From the NCBI RefSeq assembly GCF_004010195.1, contig NC_057719.1:26717498-26781497 (forward strand): a DNA stretch of 64,000 nt. Reading direction: 5' to 3'. The stretch comes from Chiloscyllium plagiosum (Eukaryota). This document shows, piece after piece, positions 1 to 12,908 of the stretch. The notes beneath the pieces were generated by a model that was not told the origin of the DNA, made no database searches, and was given only the letters and a program-made list of their open reading frames with translations. Every line of letters starts with the position of its first letter. The stretch's first letter is position 1. Position numbers and translations under genes: made by a program.

Positions 1-354
1 GCCTGTTTACCTCCTCTCCATCATCCCTCTCTATCCACCCCTAACTGACCACTATGGAGCTACAGGATTGACCATGACCCATCACTTGAACGGCAAAGGC
101 ACAATCAAGAACATCCCAATCAGATTTATGACCATGGACAATGCTCTGGACTGTTATCTGAGGCTTCTCTTGAAATACTGTGCCAGACCATCCATTGATG
201 GGTGCCCCCATAGTCTTTGGTGATGACTAGTCTCCTAGAATGTTGCTGCTTAAGCAGACATAGTGCGCTTACTGCATAATCTGCTGGCATATGGAGTAGG
301 TGTGTGACTGGCGCAGCACACTGCCACACAGCAAGACGTATACCTTTTTGACTG

Positions 355-795
355 GGACGTCCTTGAGTTATAGGGAAAGGTTGAATAGGCTGGGGCTGTT
401 TTCCCTGGAGTGTTGGAGGCTGAGGGGTGACCTTATAGAGGTTTATAAAATCATGAGGGGCATGGATAGGCTAAATATACAAAGTCTTGTCCCTGGGGTA
501 AGGGAGTCCAGAACTAAAGGACATAGGTTTAGGGTGAGGGGGGAGAGATTTAAAAGGGAGTTTTTCACGCAGAGGGTGTTGTGTGTATGGAATGAGCTGC
601 CAGAGGAAGTTGTGGAGGCTGGTACAGTGACAACATTTAAAAGGCATCTGGGTGGGTATAAGAATAGGAAGGGTTTAGAGGGATATGGGCCAAGTGCTGG
701 TAAATGGGACTGGATTAGGTTAGGTTATCTGGTCGGCATGGGCGAGTTGGACCAAAGGGTCTGTTTGTGTGCTGTACATCTATATGATCTATGAC
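355..795 (+). mobile_element. CR1 LINE 3' fragment
   Basis: ORF motif SYRERLNRLGLFSLE..RLRGDLIEVYKIM...FFTQRV..VWNELPEEVV and a CTATGA-type tail. Confidence 0.93.
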
Positions 796-1944
796 TGAGG
801 TCTGCTGACTAGCAAGCCCAGCTTCCTGCTGGCGGTGACTGTGTTATCTGGCAGGGCAAGGCAAAACAGGGATGCTGTGAGCATGCAGGCAGGCGCAAAG
901 TAAATGAGCCCTTGAGGAGTAAGGAAGAACATACACTTCTGAAGAAAAATGGAACCAGACTCAAAATCTCTCCATGGATGCTTCCATTCCTGTTGAGCTT
1001 CTCCAGCACTCTCTGTGTTTATTGCAATGCCAGTAACTGGTGTGGCCCTGTCATGCATGTCTATGCTTCATGAGTGGCCTGCCGGTCTATAGGAGAGGAG
1101 CCATGATGATCGTGAGAGATTGGCAAATGCCTGTGTCCGTAGATGAGGGGTTCATGCAGCAGGTGCCCATGGATCATGCCTTGAGATGCTGTCCAGTCAC
1201 ACACAACATGAAAGTCCTTTACAGCAAGTGGCAAGTTGAATTCATTAGGTACATGCTCAATTTTCCATGTTGATATTGAGCTTATTTGACATATTTGGTA
1301 AAATAGAAAGCTGTACATTCATCAGGCAAGTTGGATTGTTAATAAGATGTTGAACAAGCAGTTATCCAGGCATCGTAAATGGTGCAAAAATGAAAATGAA
1401 AATATATCAACTTACAGGGAAATCAAGGGAAATAATTAATGATAGCTATAAATGTTAAATTCAGATGGATCTGTTTAAAAATGCATAATTTGCAAACACA
1501 ATGGCTTTCATTTGCAATACAAGTGCATTTGCAACATCAGGAACACTTCTGTCAGACCTTAATTTACCTCCATGTGAACAGAGGAAATTTTCTGCTTTTT
1601 GATTCAAGAAATATTCTTGGATGAAGTTTTTATTTGGCTGGCTCAGTTTCCCATGGTGGGTGTAGTTTGCTTGAAATTGAAAAAGATCATAGAATATACG
1701 CATAGATTATCTTTGGGGTAAATTGTCCACAAATCTGGTCACTTCCCCCAGGAAAGATCAATCATCATTGGGAGGTTTCTGTTGTTTGCATGTTTTATTT
1801 GGAGGCCTTCAAGGAGTTTTGAAAATTAAGGTGGTTCTTTTGATCGCAAGGATATGAACACGCACATTTTAAGAACCTATAATTTTTATTTTGCCACAAA
1901 ACTGACCACTGTACACCAATAACCTAGTAAATTATTTAAAACCA

Positions 1945-3590
1945 AAGAACTGCAGATGCTGGAAGTCAGGGACAAAAACAGAAATTGCTGGCAAAACTCA
2001 GCAGGTGTGGCAGCATCTGTGGAGAGAAAGCAGAGTTAACATTTCGGGTTCGAGTGACCTTTCCTCTGAACTGAATATAACAAGGAAAACATTGGTATAT
2101 GTGCTAAAGATGGGGTGGGGAAAGCAGGGAGGAGTGAATGATAGGTGGAGATGGAATCCAGAGAGAGAAACACAGTTAGGCAAATAAATGAATGGGTAAA
2201 GATAAAAGCCATGACTGTCAAACTGAATATTTGCTAATGGGAAACATTAGTAGCTGACAATGGATTTATATGGTAGTGACCCATGTGATGACAAGGCCTG
2301 GTGTGTGGGGATTAGGGTAAGGACCTGGGAGAAGGTTTTCAAACCCTAAAATTATTGAACTCAATGCTGAGTCCTGAAGATTGTAATGTCGCCAAGTGGA
2401 AAATGCGAAGTATTGGTTCATCTGGAACGTATGTTTGGGGATATTCTGAGTTCTGAAGAAGGGTGACTGAACCTGAAGTGTTAAACTTGAAGTTCTCTCC
2501 ACAGATGCTGCCAGACCTGCTGAACTTTTCCAGCAACTTCTATTTTTGTTTGGTGTGTTTGGGGCCTTGGATTGGTGAGGAGTGAGGAAGGAAATGGGCA
2601 GGTGCTGCATCTTCTGCGATTGCAGGGGGAGGTACTGTGGGAATGTGGGGGATTGTTGGGAGTGAAGGAGGAGTGAACCAGGGTGGCTCGGAGAGAGAGG
2701 TTCCTGCAGAAGGCTGGTAAGGGAGGGGAGGAGAAATGCATCTGCTGATAGCAATCTCCTCCAAGTGGCAGAAATGGTGGCTGCTGATCCCTGTTGCAGA
2801 TGCTGGTGGGGTGATAAGTGAGGACTGGGGGGGGTTCCCCATTGCTGTCGTGGGAGGAAGAGAAGGGGTGAAGGCTGAAGTGTGGAAGATGGGGGTTGGA
2901 CACAGCTGAGGGCTCTGTAAATCATGATGGTGGGGAATCCTTTGTCAAGGAAGAAGGTGGACATTTTGGAGCCTCCTGCATAGAAGCTGGCATAATCAGA
3001 GACAGAGAAATTAGAAGAATGGAATGGAGTCTTTACAGGAAGCAGGGTATGAGGATGTATAGTCCAGTAACTGTGCGAGTCGGTGGGTTTGTAATGGATA
3101 TTGGTGGCCAGCCTATCACCGGAAATGGAAACAGAGATGTTGAGGAAGGGAAGGTAGGAGTCAGAGATGGACCAAGTGATAGTGAGAAGAGAGTGGAAAT
3201 CGGAAGCAAATTTGATACATTTTTCACATTCCAAATGAGAGAGAGAAGCAGCACTGACGATGTCATAGATTTACTGGAGAAAGAGTTCCGGTTGGGGGGG
3301 CGCAGAGTAGGACTGCAATAAAGGCTATTCCATGAAGAGACAGGCATGACTGCTGTCCATGAGGGTCCCTATGGCCACTCCTTTGACCTGAAGAAAGTGA
3401 GAGGAATTAAAAGATAAGTTATTCAAAGTGAGGACGAGCTCAGCGAGGTGGAGGAGGTTAGTATGGATGGGGATGGTTCAGGCCCTTTTTCTGTGGAGAA
3501 GTGGAGAACACTGATGAGCACATTCTGATGGGGGATGGATCTGTAAAGGGACTGCATGTCCATGGTGAAGAGAAGGCGGCTGGTGAGCTT
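1945..3590 (-). mobile_element. Decayed Penelope-like element with inverted terminal segments
   Basis: RT motifs LLFTMDMQSLY.SIPH and LPFLNISVSISGDRLATNIHYKPTDSHSY. Terminal repeat (GCAGATGCTGG...GCAGCATCTGTGGAGAG) at about 1945-2070 and inverted at about 2450-2550. Confidence 0.85.
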
Positions 3591-3716
3591 GTTCCAATGG
3601 GTATCGTACTCCAAATAACTAGTAGTACTGGATTTGGGCGTGATTAAATTACCTGCTGTGGTTTTGTCTCCAGTAGGGTGATAGTGCCTATAACTTAAAA
3701 ATATGGCAATAGATAT

Positions 3717-6700
3717 TGTGGAATTGAAGAATCCAACTGATATTTATTACATACAAGGATTGTACTTCTTAGATACCCAAGCATGTGAGCTGATATTAAG
3801 TTAATTGGTTACACCAGAGCAACATGCTTTCAATAGCTTGTCTTGCTTCAAGTGATCCTGGGTAGGATGGTGTATCAGATCCTCAGGTCTCAGGTTGTAC
3901 ATAGTGATAACATCATGAGGATATCTTTTAAAAATAGACTGAACATGAGTCAGAACACAATATCCCCTTTCATATCCAAAGATGAAAGTTTCTCCCAAGC
4001 AGATGTACAAGGTTGCACATAGGCACTTGTTCAGTAATTGTGTGAACAAGTAAAACAGAGTTTACTAGACTAACTTTACAAAGTTAAGTGTAACACTTTG
4101 GAAATTTGACAACTTGTCCATATCATATACACATTGTTCTCAGTTGCAACTTGGTTGTATTGTTGCTGGTTGCTGTCACTCAACACCATCACACAATTAA
4201 CACTGAAGTGTTCTTCTCTCTTCTCGTATGTGATTGGTCTGCTGTACGTTGATCTGAACAGGCTTCTGTTCCGTCACAATGTAGCACTATGATCAGTAAT
4301 GACTTTGTAAGATCTGTTTTGGTTATATACTTTAGAAAACTTTACTGGTATCCAAGTATTCGTATTTCCAACTCAAACTATCTTTTTAGTATGCTGTTCT
4401 GGTAATTCTCTAGCTACTCATTTGTTGTGGATCTCTTTTATTTTCTTCTCTCTTTGAAAAGAACATTCAGAATGGTTAGACAGTAGGTTCCTGGACAAGG
4501 TTATTTGCACTTGCCTTCTGACCATAATTTATGCAGGGGATGGTAATCATTTCTCCATTGGTGTTGCTAAAATGAAACAACACAATGAGAAAATCTTGCT
4601 TTATTGCTCGACACTTAAAAATCATTGACATTATAGTGCATACTGTATGTTCCGCTAGACTATTTGAGTGTCAATGGCAATGTAATGATGTGATATAGGT
4701 CCCTAAACATCACTAAATAATTTTCTTGTGTACTGTGGTTTATTATCAGATATTATCCATCCCTGGATATAAACTGAAAATGTGTCTTGCTAAATTGTTG
4801 TACAATGGAAAATTTAGAGAAATAATCCATCACACAAATGTAATCACACTCATGCACCTTGAACAGATCTGTTGCTACATCTTTCCAGGGAGTTGATGGG
4901 ACACTATGTGAATCTGAAGGATCCCTTTGCCACTGGGCTGATATGTTTAGCATGCCTCGTTTATATGCATGATTCATGGAATATCCTGATTCATCCCTGC
5001 CCAGTACAAGGTCACCTGTGCTATATGTCTCATGTATTCTATACCCATCTGTCCCTGCTGTAATATGGTCATGACATTTTGGCATAAAGATTTTAGAATT
5101 AGGATTTCTTTACCATTGAAAATGACTTGTGTTATGGCAAGTTCTTCTCCGTAAGGGAAAAATGAACAAATCTTTTGCATCTTTAATATTGTCATCTCTC
5201 AATGATGATCGTTTACAACAATTCTTGTTGCCATCTTTGGCAGTTGCTGGTTGCAACTCTTCACACTGGCTCTCTCCAAATTGTGACGGATCAACGTTAA
5301 GAATGACAAAACTTCATAGTCTACAGCGTGAATGTATAAAGCAAGAGGGGAATTTTGGTCTTTTCATGGTAGGCCAACCTTTCTCACTGTTAACATCCTT
5401 ATACCTGGTTTAATCTTCCCTCAAAGTCCGATCCTTGGAGATTGTTGCCTGAGTCCTTTAAGTCATGCATGATCTGTCAACAGTCAGTGCCAATTAAATT
5501 TCATGAACTGTGACAATAATGAGATCTGTACATTCTGCTGGACCTACAACTACCAAGTGGGAGCCGTGATGGGCTTGGGTATTGGTGCTGCAGTGTGATT
5601 CTGCCAACACATTGGGAATTGGTCTCTCATGTGCAGAATAATGGAATGCCACTTGCTGTGGTATATGTCATTCAGGGTATGTTGTGGTAATAGCTCCTGT
5701 GTCAATTTTAGCTTTTTGTGTATGTTGTTTGGTTTTTTCAGGAAATATGATGTTACTGGCGTCATCAATGGACTATTAATCCAGAGATCCAGGTAATATT
5801 CTCGGGTCTTGAGTTTGAATCCTACCATAGCAGATGATGGAATTTGAATTCAAAATGATGATGATGAAATCACTGCCAATTGTCAGAAAAGACCTGTTTG
5901 ATTCACTAATGTCCTTTAGGGAAAGAGATCTGCCAGCCTTACCTGGTCCGGCCTACATGTGACTCCAGATGCACAGCAATGTATTTGACTGTTAATTGCC
6001 GTCTGCGACGGTAATGAATGCTGGCCAGGTGATGCACACATCCTGTGAATTAATATTTTTAAATAAGATATCAAAAGTCTGGTCTCTTCGAAACTTGCCT
6101 TTCACTTGGTTGACTCTGAACTTCATTGATGTGTTTGGGATTTTATATCTTTTCTATAACTGTGTAAATGTTGTGGTGTTGTGCCATCTTATTGGTTACC
6201 TTGATTTGTTCTGGCATCTGGCTTAGTATTTGGAGCCAGATTTCATGTACATGCATGCTGAACACCCCTTGGTGCAACATACTTTACAGATAATATGGAC
6301 AGCTTTGGGGTAAGTGCAAAAAACTGCACTTATTATAGATCTTGTTGGTTTGGTGCACTTTGTTGACCGCAGATTAGCCTTGGTTACATTAAAAGTATGC
6401 AATTATTGTTGGCCAGCCATTTTTCCCTCGTATTTCTGTCTATCGTCAAGCAACTTGTCAATGGTATTGCCCTCTCCTTACCCAAAGATCATTCTTGACC
6501 ACTTTAATAGATGTAGATGCAATGACTCACTCGATGAGCTTTGCTCTGAGACCATCTTCAGGAACATCACAATTGTATCATTTGCTGTGGCATTTTCTGA
6601 CAAACTTGTCAACAACTGTTGGGTTTTTTTGTCTCATGACATAAGTTGGAGACTGTTAATCCTGAAATTAACTTTTACTTCAACCTGGTCTTTGAGAACT

Positions 6701-7500
6701 TTCACCATTTTTTTCTGAGTCTTTTTAATTGTCCATAAAAGAGTTGGATGTGCTAAGCCTGTGATTGCCCATTTACCAATGTTGAGTTCTTTTCTCAGAA
6801 TAATCTATCCTTTGGTAAGACCATAAGATATATGAGTGGAATTAGGCTGTTTGGCCCATCAAATCTGCTCCACATTTGAACAATGCCGCTATGTTTCTCA
6901 GTTAAATCTGTAAAATAGAACTGCATGCTTTGTACCTTTTTTTTTAAATTAAGGAATTCACTGATTTCTATCCAACACATAGTTAAGTGATTGGTTGCAA
7001 AATAGCCTTTTTAAAAAAATTAGATCAGCATTCCTCTTTTTTTTAAATAGAGAGAAAGTAATTTGTACAGGTCTGTAATCTTTAGTTTTAATTGCATTTG
7101 TAACTTCAGCCTTTTTAAAAAATCAGGCAATCTCAGAAATTCTTGTATCTTCAAAGTACACACATTCTATTAAAAAGTAAATCAACATTGCCTTCTTGAT
7201 GGTCACTGCCCTATCTACAATCTGTGTTGGCTGTCTGGAATCACAAAAATGATGCTGCAAATTGTCTAAGTTCTCTGATGTTCAAAACTGTTGTCAGTTA
7301 GTCTTCAATTAATTTTCCAAACATCCACCAACAAAAATTAGAGTTTTCTTTATATATGGCCACTGATGCTAACCATAAGATGATTCTGTCTCTTTCAGTG
7401 TGTTCTCATCTGCTGCTGCAAAACTTATGCTATATCCTGCAACACACAAAACTTGGTGAGGCGATTGAGGAATTGAAGAATACAACAGATGTTTAATACA
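3717..7500 (-). mobile_element. Decayed Ty3/Gypsy LTR retrotransposon
   Basis: Integrase motifs GEELAITQVIFNGKEILI...GQMGIE...LYWAGMNQDI and PWKDVATDLF...YICVMDYFSKF at 4753-5195. Gag-like remnant at about 6230-6720. 3' LTR at 3717-3959 (TGTG...CACA) preceded by the polypurine tract GAAAGGGGA. Matching LTR end at 7466-7500. Confidence 0.82.
5740..6050 (+). mobile_element. Deu-domain SINE (SacSINE1-like) nested in the Gypsy element
   Basis: tRNA-like head GGACTATTAATCCAGAG...GAGTTTGAATCC, then TTCACTAATGTCCTTTAGGGAA...CCTTACCTGGTCCGGCCTACATGTGACTCCAGA. Confidence 0.75.
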
Positions 7501-7639
7501 AAATAAAAGCCAAAAGAACTGCAGATGCTGTAAATACTGTAAAAACAGAAATGACTGGAAATGCTTAGCAGGTCTGGCAGCATCTGTGGAGAGAATCAGC
7601 GTTAATGTTTCAGGTTGAGTGGCCCTTCCTTGGAAGGTC

Positions 7640-8250
7640 TAGGACACCATCCTGAGGAACTCCTGCAGAGATGACCTCCAGCAACCATTTTCCTATATTC
7701 CGGGATTGACTCCAATCAGAGGAGAGTTTTCTTCCTGATTCCCATTTTTGCTCGGTTCCCCTCGAAGACGTGCTCAGACAAATGCGGCCTTGATGTTAAG
7801 GGCTGTCACTCTCACCTCACCTCTGGAATTCAGCTCTTTTGTCCAAGGCTGTAATGAGATCATGAGCTGAGTGCCCCTGGGGGAGCCTAAACTGAGGATC
7901 ACAGAGCAGGTTATTGCTGAGCAGGTGCTGCTTGTTAACACTGTTGATGACACCTTCCTTCACTTTACTGATGATGAAGAGTAGACCAATAGGGTAGATT
8001 GGTCCTGCATTTTGTGTACAGGACATACCTGGGCAATTTTTCACACTGTTGGTTATATGCCAGTGTAGTAGGTGTACTGGAAGAACTTGACAAAGGGCAC
8101 AACAAATACTTGAACACACAGCCTTCAATAATATTGCCGGAATATTTTCAGGGCTTGTAGCCTTTGCACTATCTAATGGCTCCATCCATTTTTCTTGATA
8201 TCATGTGGAGTGATTCAAACTGGCTGAAGAATTACATTTGTCATGCCTCA
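7640..8250 (-). mobile_element. CR1/L2-clade RT fragment
   Basis: LDSAKATSPENIPAILLK...PIGLLFIISKVKEGVIN...HLLSNNLL.DPQFR...GHSAHDLITAL. Confidence 0.78.
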
Positions 8251-8479
8251 CTGGAGTAGCATGCTGGCAGTCTGCCCAGTTTAATTCCTTTTTTCAGACT
8301 TATTAAATGGTTGTTACAAATGAATGGTTTCCGAGGCTTTTGCAGAGAACTGGCGAGAGTTAACCATATTGCTGTGGACCCAGAGTCACTTTTTTTTAGT
8401 TTCAAAAATATGTTTTATTCATAAAAAAGTATCTCTATATGCATACATATTCACCATCGCAATTCGGTTGTGTACAGTG

Positions 8480-8690
8480 GCATATGAAGAAACAAACATT
8501 GGAGTTTAACTCGATCCATTTAACTTCAACATAAAGACCTTACATAATGGTCTTTCCCCACTGTGCCTTAGTGGCAGCTGCCCCAAGCTTCAGTGCATCC
8601 CTCAGTACCGAGTCCTGGATCTTGGAATGTGCCAGTCTGCAACACTCATTCAAAGTCAACTCCTTCCTCTGGAAAACCAAGTTTCAGGCA
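8480..8690 (-). mobile_element. Tx1/L1-like 3' fragment
   Basis: Minus strand encodes a decayed VFQRKELT..ECCRLAHSKIQD.VLRDALKLG-like C-terminal motif. Confidence 0.5.
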
Positions 8691-9399
8691 GGCCAAGTAA
8701 GGACAGCAGATTTACTTCCCTGAAGGACATTAGTGAATCATTTAAATGACTATTACTGGACTTATGATCCAGTATGATCGCTGCACAATCCTATAGTATT
8801 TATACTAATCCACCTATCATATCTGCAGCCCACTTATTTGCACATCTAGTAAGGAAGATTAAATATATGTCCTCTATAAATAGCCCTCTTGCAAATTGCC
8901 ATTAGTGAATGTGAATTGATTGTTCTCCATAGGGTGCATGTGCTTGACCACAACAGTACATTGTTTGTTTCATGATTATTTATTTATTTGTTCTTTCTCG
9001 GGATGTGAATGTTGTTAGCGAGATCAGTATTTGCTGTCCATTGTGGATTTGAGAAGATGATGGTGAATTGACTTCTTGAAGCTCACGTGTCCATCTGGTT
9101 TAGGTGTACATACAGTTCTTTTCCAACCCGATATAACATGCAATGTCATTCAGAGAATGCCATTCCAGAAGTAATGGCAAAGTAAAGGGTTGCCCTACCA
9201 ATTGCTACAAGAATTGTGAGTTTAGACAAAAACATTTATTTTTATCCAGTGCTCATGGAGTTGCCATTGGGGTCATGTAAACAGCAGAACTGGAGGCAAG
9301 TCAAAATCTTATTTATAAATGGCTGTTAAAACTGTTTATCAATAGCACCTCCTGAGGGATTCACTTATTTTGCTTTTCTGTACATTCTTCATAGTTTTT

Positions 9400-9730
9400 T
9401 TTATTCATTCACAGGATGAGGACATCTCTGGCCTGGTCAACATTTATTGTCCAGAGGGCAGTTAAGAGTCAAACACATTGCTGTGGATCTGGAGTCACAC
9501 GTAGACCAGACAAGGATGGCAGCTTCCTTGCCTGAAGGATATTAGTGAACCAGGTGAGCGGCTTTTCCAACAATCAACAATGGTCGCCATGAGACTCTTA
9601 ATTTCAGATTTTTTTTGTTGAACTGAAATTCCACCATCTGCCATGATGGGCTTTGAATTCAGGTCCCCAGAACATGACCTGGTCTCTGGATTAACAGTCC
9701 AGCAATAATACCATCAGGCCATCGCCTCCA
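9400..9730 (-). mobile_element. Deu-domain SINE
   Basis: Reverse complement of the 5740-6050 family (TCTGGAGTCACACGTAGACC...GAAGGATATTAGTGAACCA...CTCTGGATTAACAGTCCA). Confidence 0.75.
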
Positions 9731-10559
9731 CATTTTCCTTAATCTTTACAATTAATCAGTTTCATATAAGGATATGTTTTCCCTCTTGTTAGTTCCCTCA
9801 CTACCTTGGTAGGCCCAGCCTGACAGCTATATCCTTTAGTGCTACTGATGGGCTTTGAATTCTCCCACCCAGAGTACATTCTGTGCACTTGCCACCAGTT
9901 CCTGAAGTTCTACGATTACTCTGCATTACAATATTTGCTTCTTCTAGCCTCTCAATGCCCCTCATCACTTTAAAAACTTGCTTCATGTTCCCTTGCTAGC
10001 TCAATTTCTTATTACCAATGAAAATAAATATTGACAGCATCTAAAAAGCATTTTTAAAAAAAAATTATTCAATTTTGTGGTCACACTAGCAAAGAAACCA
10101 ACACAAAATATGAATCCTACTAAAATGGCAGTAGCCTTTCTTTCATAAGTCCGTTTAATCTTTTCATTTGACCTGACTATATTTCAAAGTATTAGTAATG
10201 GTGTCATGACAAAGACAGTTACTGATTGCATCATTTTTACTTGCTATAGAGATGAAGCTAAACATTTACAGTTATTTGATCTTAGTTTGGTAAAAATGGG
10301 TAAGTTGCAGGAACTCGGTTGTTTAAAATGTAGCACCCTGACAAAACGTTTATTAGCTCAGGGCTACTATTATGGATTACAAGCCTCGCATTAGACAAAC
10401 ACAATTTTTGAGTTGTGTTCAACATTTTAATAACCTACTTGATACTTGCTTTGCTTACTCTAAAACAGTATTTAAAAAATACTGAGCACCACAAGTAAGA
10501 AGGAGTTAAATGCCCCTTATATTTGCTGAGGCATTGCCTTCTTGATTTTGTCTTTGGCT

Positions 10560-10884
10560 GTAACATCGTAGGTCAGGTATCCGTTGATATGAGCAGTCTG
10601 ATGTCTGTGACAGGCGAGAGGGAGGAACTGTTGGACGCCAATGCTGATTGACACTTGCTTTCTCCATATATTTCAAAACTGTGAGAGCTTAGAAACCAGC
10701 AGCTAGCGACATCGTATCAGAGCGCTGATAACGTTCATTAATACGTAGATTAAAGGTCCTTCTGTTGTCAGTGTTTGTTTGAGCGAATATTAAAGGTGAA
10801 GCTTCTGTATATCTCGAACATTGAAAAATAATTTGAAGAGTCTCAACTCTTCAAAGACAAGGAAAAGCAGATATAGATCAAAAG
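10560..10884 (+). promoter_or_regulatory. GPHB5: Candidate GPHB5 promoter and 5' UTR
   Basis: Non-repetitive and locally CpG-richer than the flanks. CCAAT at 10638-10642, TATA-like TATATTT at 10667-10673, then an ATG-free leader up to the ATG at 10885. Confidence 0.5.
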
Positions 10885-10898
10885 ATGTGGAGTCACAG
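10885..10898 (+). CDS. GPHB5: GPHB5 inferred exon 1, coding part (ATG TGG AGT CAC AG = MWSH + first 2 nt of Arg)
   Basis: ATG at 10885 with A at -3, followed by a consensus donor CAG|GTGAGT (GT at 10899). Joining to the acceptor exon starting at 18345 (A CTG AAT...) gives the in-frame MWSHRLNHHHIIWGSLLL. No ATG seen in 10644-10884. Inferred without transcript data. Confidence 0.72.
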
Positions 10899-11599
10899 GT
10901 GAGTGATACCCTGGTTTGGAATATTTTGACTTTGCAAAGTAAAATCAACATGACTTAACCCTTTGACATCTTATGTTATTTTAACTTTTACAGTGGCCAA
11001 GTGATGCCTAATAGCGCAGTTTTCGTTTGGCAGTGGTACTTATACTAATTGATTGTATTACATTTGAAGGGAAGATAGTGTGCAGAACTCTACTGCACTA
11101 TCACAAATTTTAATGCTATGGAAGACCTACTTTTCTCTCTGATTGTAAGCTTAAAGTTTAAAGAGGATTCATTGGGCCCACTGATTTGCTTTTAAGATTT
11201 AAGCTTCAAAGGCCCCTAACTATAGTTATGGTGTTAGCTCGTGTGAAACCAAAGCTGTGCAAGGCTACTTCCTTTAGGAAACATGTCAAATTAATGTGTA
11301 TTCAACACAATTACAATGTTCATTTTGAGTGCATTATAACCTTTGCTAAAATGCCTTAGAAAAATGCAGTTACCTATTATTTTTGAAGTTAACCTTTCAA
11401 AGTCAAAATGATACTTTTAACCAACATTTATTTTAATGCAAAATGTCCTAAATTACTTAAGACTTTTAAATTGAATACGAGGAAGATTTCTTTGAAGACT
11501 GTAAAGTTAAAACAAATAATTACACATCGTTTGTGCATAGTCGCATTTCACACACTTTTGTTTGTAAAATAATACTTTCACGTGCCCTGTGGTCTGTGT

Positions 11600-12310
11600 C
11601 ATAGAGTCATACAGCATGGAAACAGAATCTTTGGTCCAACTCATTCATGCTGACTAAGTTTCTCAAACTAAACTAGTCCCACTTGCCCGCATTTGGCCCA
11701 TATCCCTTTCCTATTCATGTACCTGTTCAAAGATCTTTTAAATGTTGTAACTGTATCTGCAACTATCACTTCCTCCGTCAGTTCATTCCATATATAAACC
11801 ACCTTCTGAGTGAATAAGTCGCCCCTCAGATCCCTTTTAAATCTTTCCCCTTTCCCCTTAAAATTATGTCCTCTAGTTGTGAACTGCCCTATCTTAGGGA
11901 AAGGTCCTGCGCTATTCACCTTACCTTTGCTCCTCATGATTTTATAAACCTCTATAAGGTCATCCTTCAGTCTCCTACACTCCAGGGAAAAATGTCCCAG
12001 CCTATTCAGCGTCTCCTTAGAATTTAAAATCTCTAGTCCTGGTAACATTCTTGTAAATCTTGTCTGAAGCCTTTCCAATTCAATAATGCCCTTCTTATGG
12101 CAGGGCAACTAGAACTATATGCAGTACTCCAAAGGTGGCCTCAGCAACTTGACTTCCCAATTCAATACTCAATTCTCTGACCATTGAAGGTAAGCGTGCC
12201 AAATGCCTTCTTCACCACCCTGTGATGCCACTTTCAAGGAATTATGTACCTGAACCCCTAGGTCTCTCTGTTTGACAACACTCCCCAGGGTCTACCATTG
12301 AATGTGTAAG
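11600..12310 (-). mobile_element. CR1 LINE 3' fragment
   Basis: LERLQTRFTRMLPGL...DDLIEVYKIM...FTQKVVYIWNEL. Confidence 0.92.
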
Positions 12311-12315
12311 TCCTG

Positions 12316-12405
12316 AGTGTGGTATTGGAAGAGCACAGCAGGTCAGGCAGCATCCGAGGAGCAGGAGAATAGATATTTCGGGCATGAGCCCTTCATCAGG
12401 AATGA
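12316..12405 (-). mobile_element. Penelope terminal fragment with hammerhead-like core
   Basis: Minus strand reads CCTGATGAAGGGCTCATGCCCGAAATATC...CGGATGCTGCCTGACCTGCTGTGCT. Confidence 0.75.
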
Positions 12406-12741
12406 AACTTGTTGTCAGATTCACTGGCTAGTGTAAAACTGACCAGTACAGACCAGTATGTCTGCTTTTTTGTGTCTGCTGTTCAGTTAGGCTGTTAGGC
12501 CACAGCTGAGCATCCTCAGGGAAAAGGAATATCCAATCAGTCTGAAGTTCCAATCCAAGTAATGGTCAAGAGACTCGATAATGAAGTGTTCAAGTGTATG
12601 GATAAGAATGAGCAAAAAAAATGCCTTATTTGTCGGGCTCACCACAATCAAACAGGCACTAAAGGAATGTCTGCATTTTTATAGCCCAGTACATAAGCTC
12701 AGGCCATCTCATAGTGACTATAGAGTATTTTGGAACCATGC

Positions 12742-12908
12742 AGAAGTGGGTACTGCAGATGCTGGAGATTAGAGTCAAGATTAAGGTAGTGCTGGAAAAG
12801 CACAGCAGGTCAGGCAGCATTCAAGGACCAGGAAAATCAATGTTTCAGGCAAAAGCCCTTCATCAGAAAATCCTGATCAGATCCTCGGATGCTGCTTCAC
12901 CTGCTGTA
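12742..12908 (-). mobile_element. Penelope terminal fragment inserted in an older SINE-like repeat
   Basis: ACTGCAGATGCTGGAGATTAGAGTC...GTTTCAGGCAAAAGCCCTTCATCAG. Confidence 0.72.

Noticed and set aside
1..1300. Possible Harbinger-derived sequence flanking the first CR1
   Set aside because: Composition is suggestive but I could not read a convincing transposase motif.
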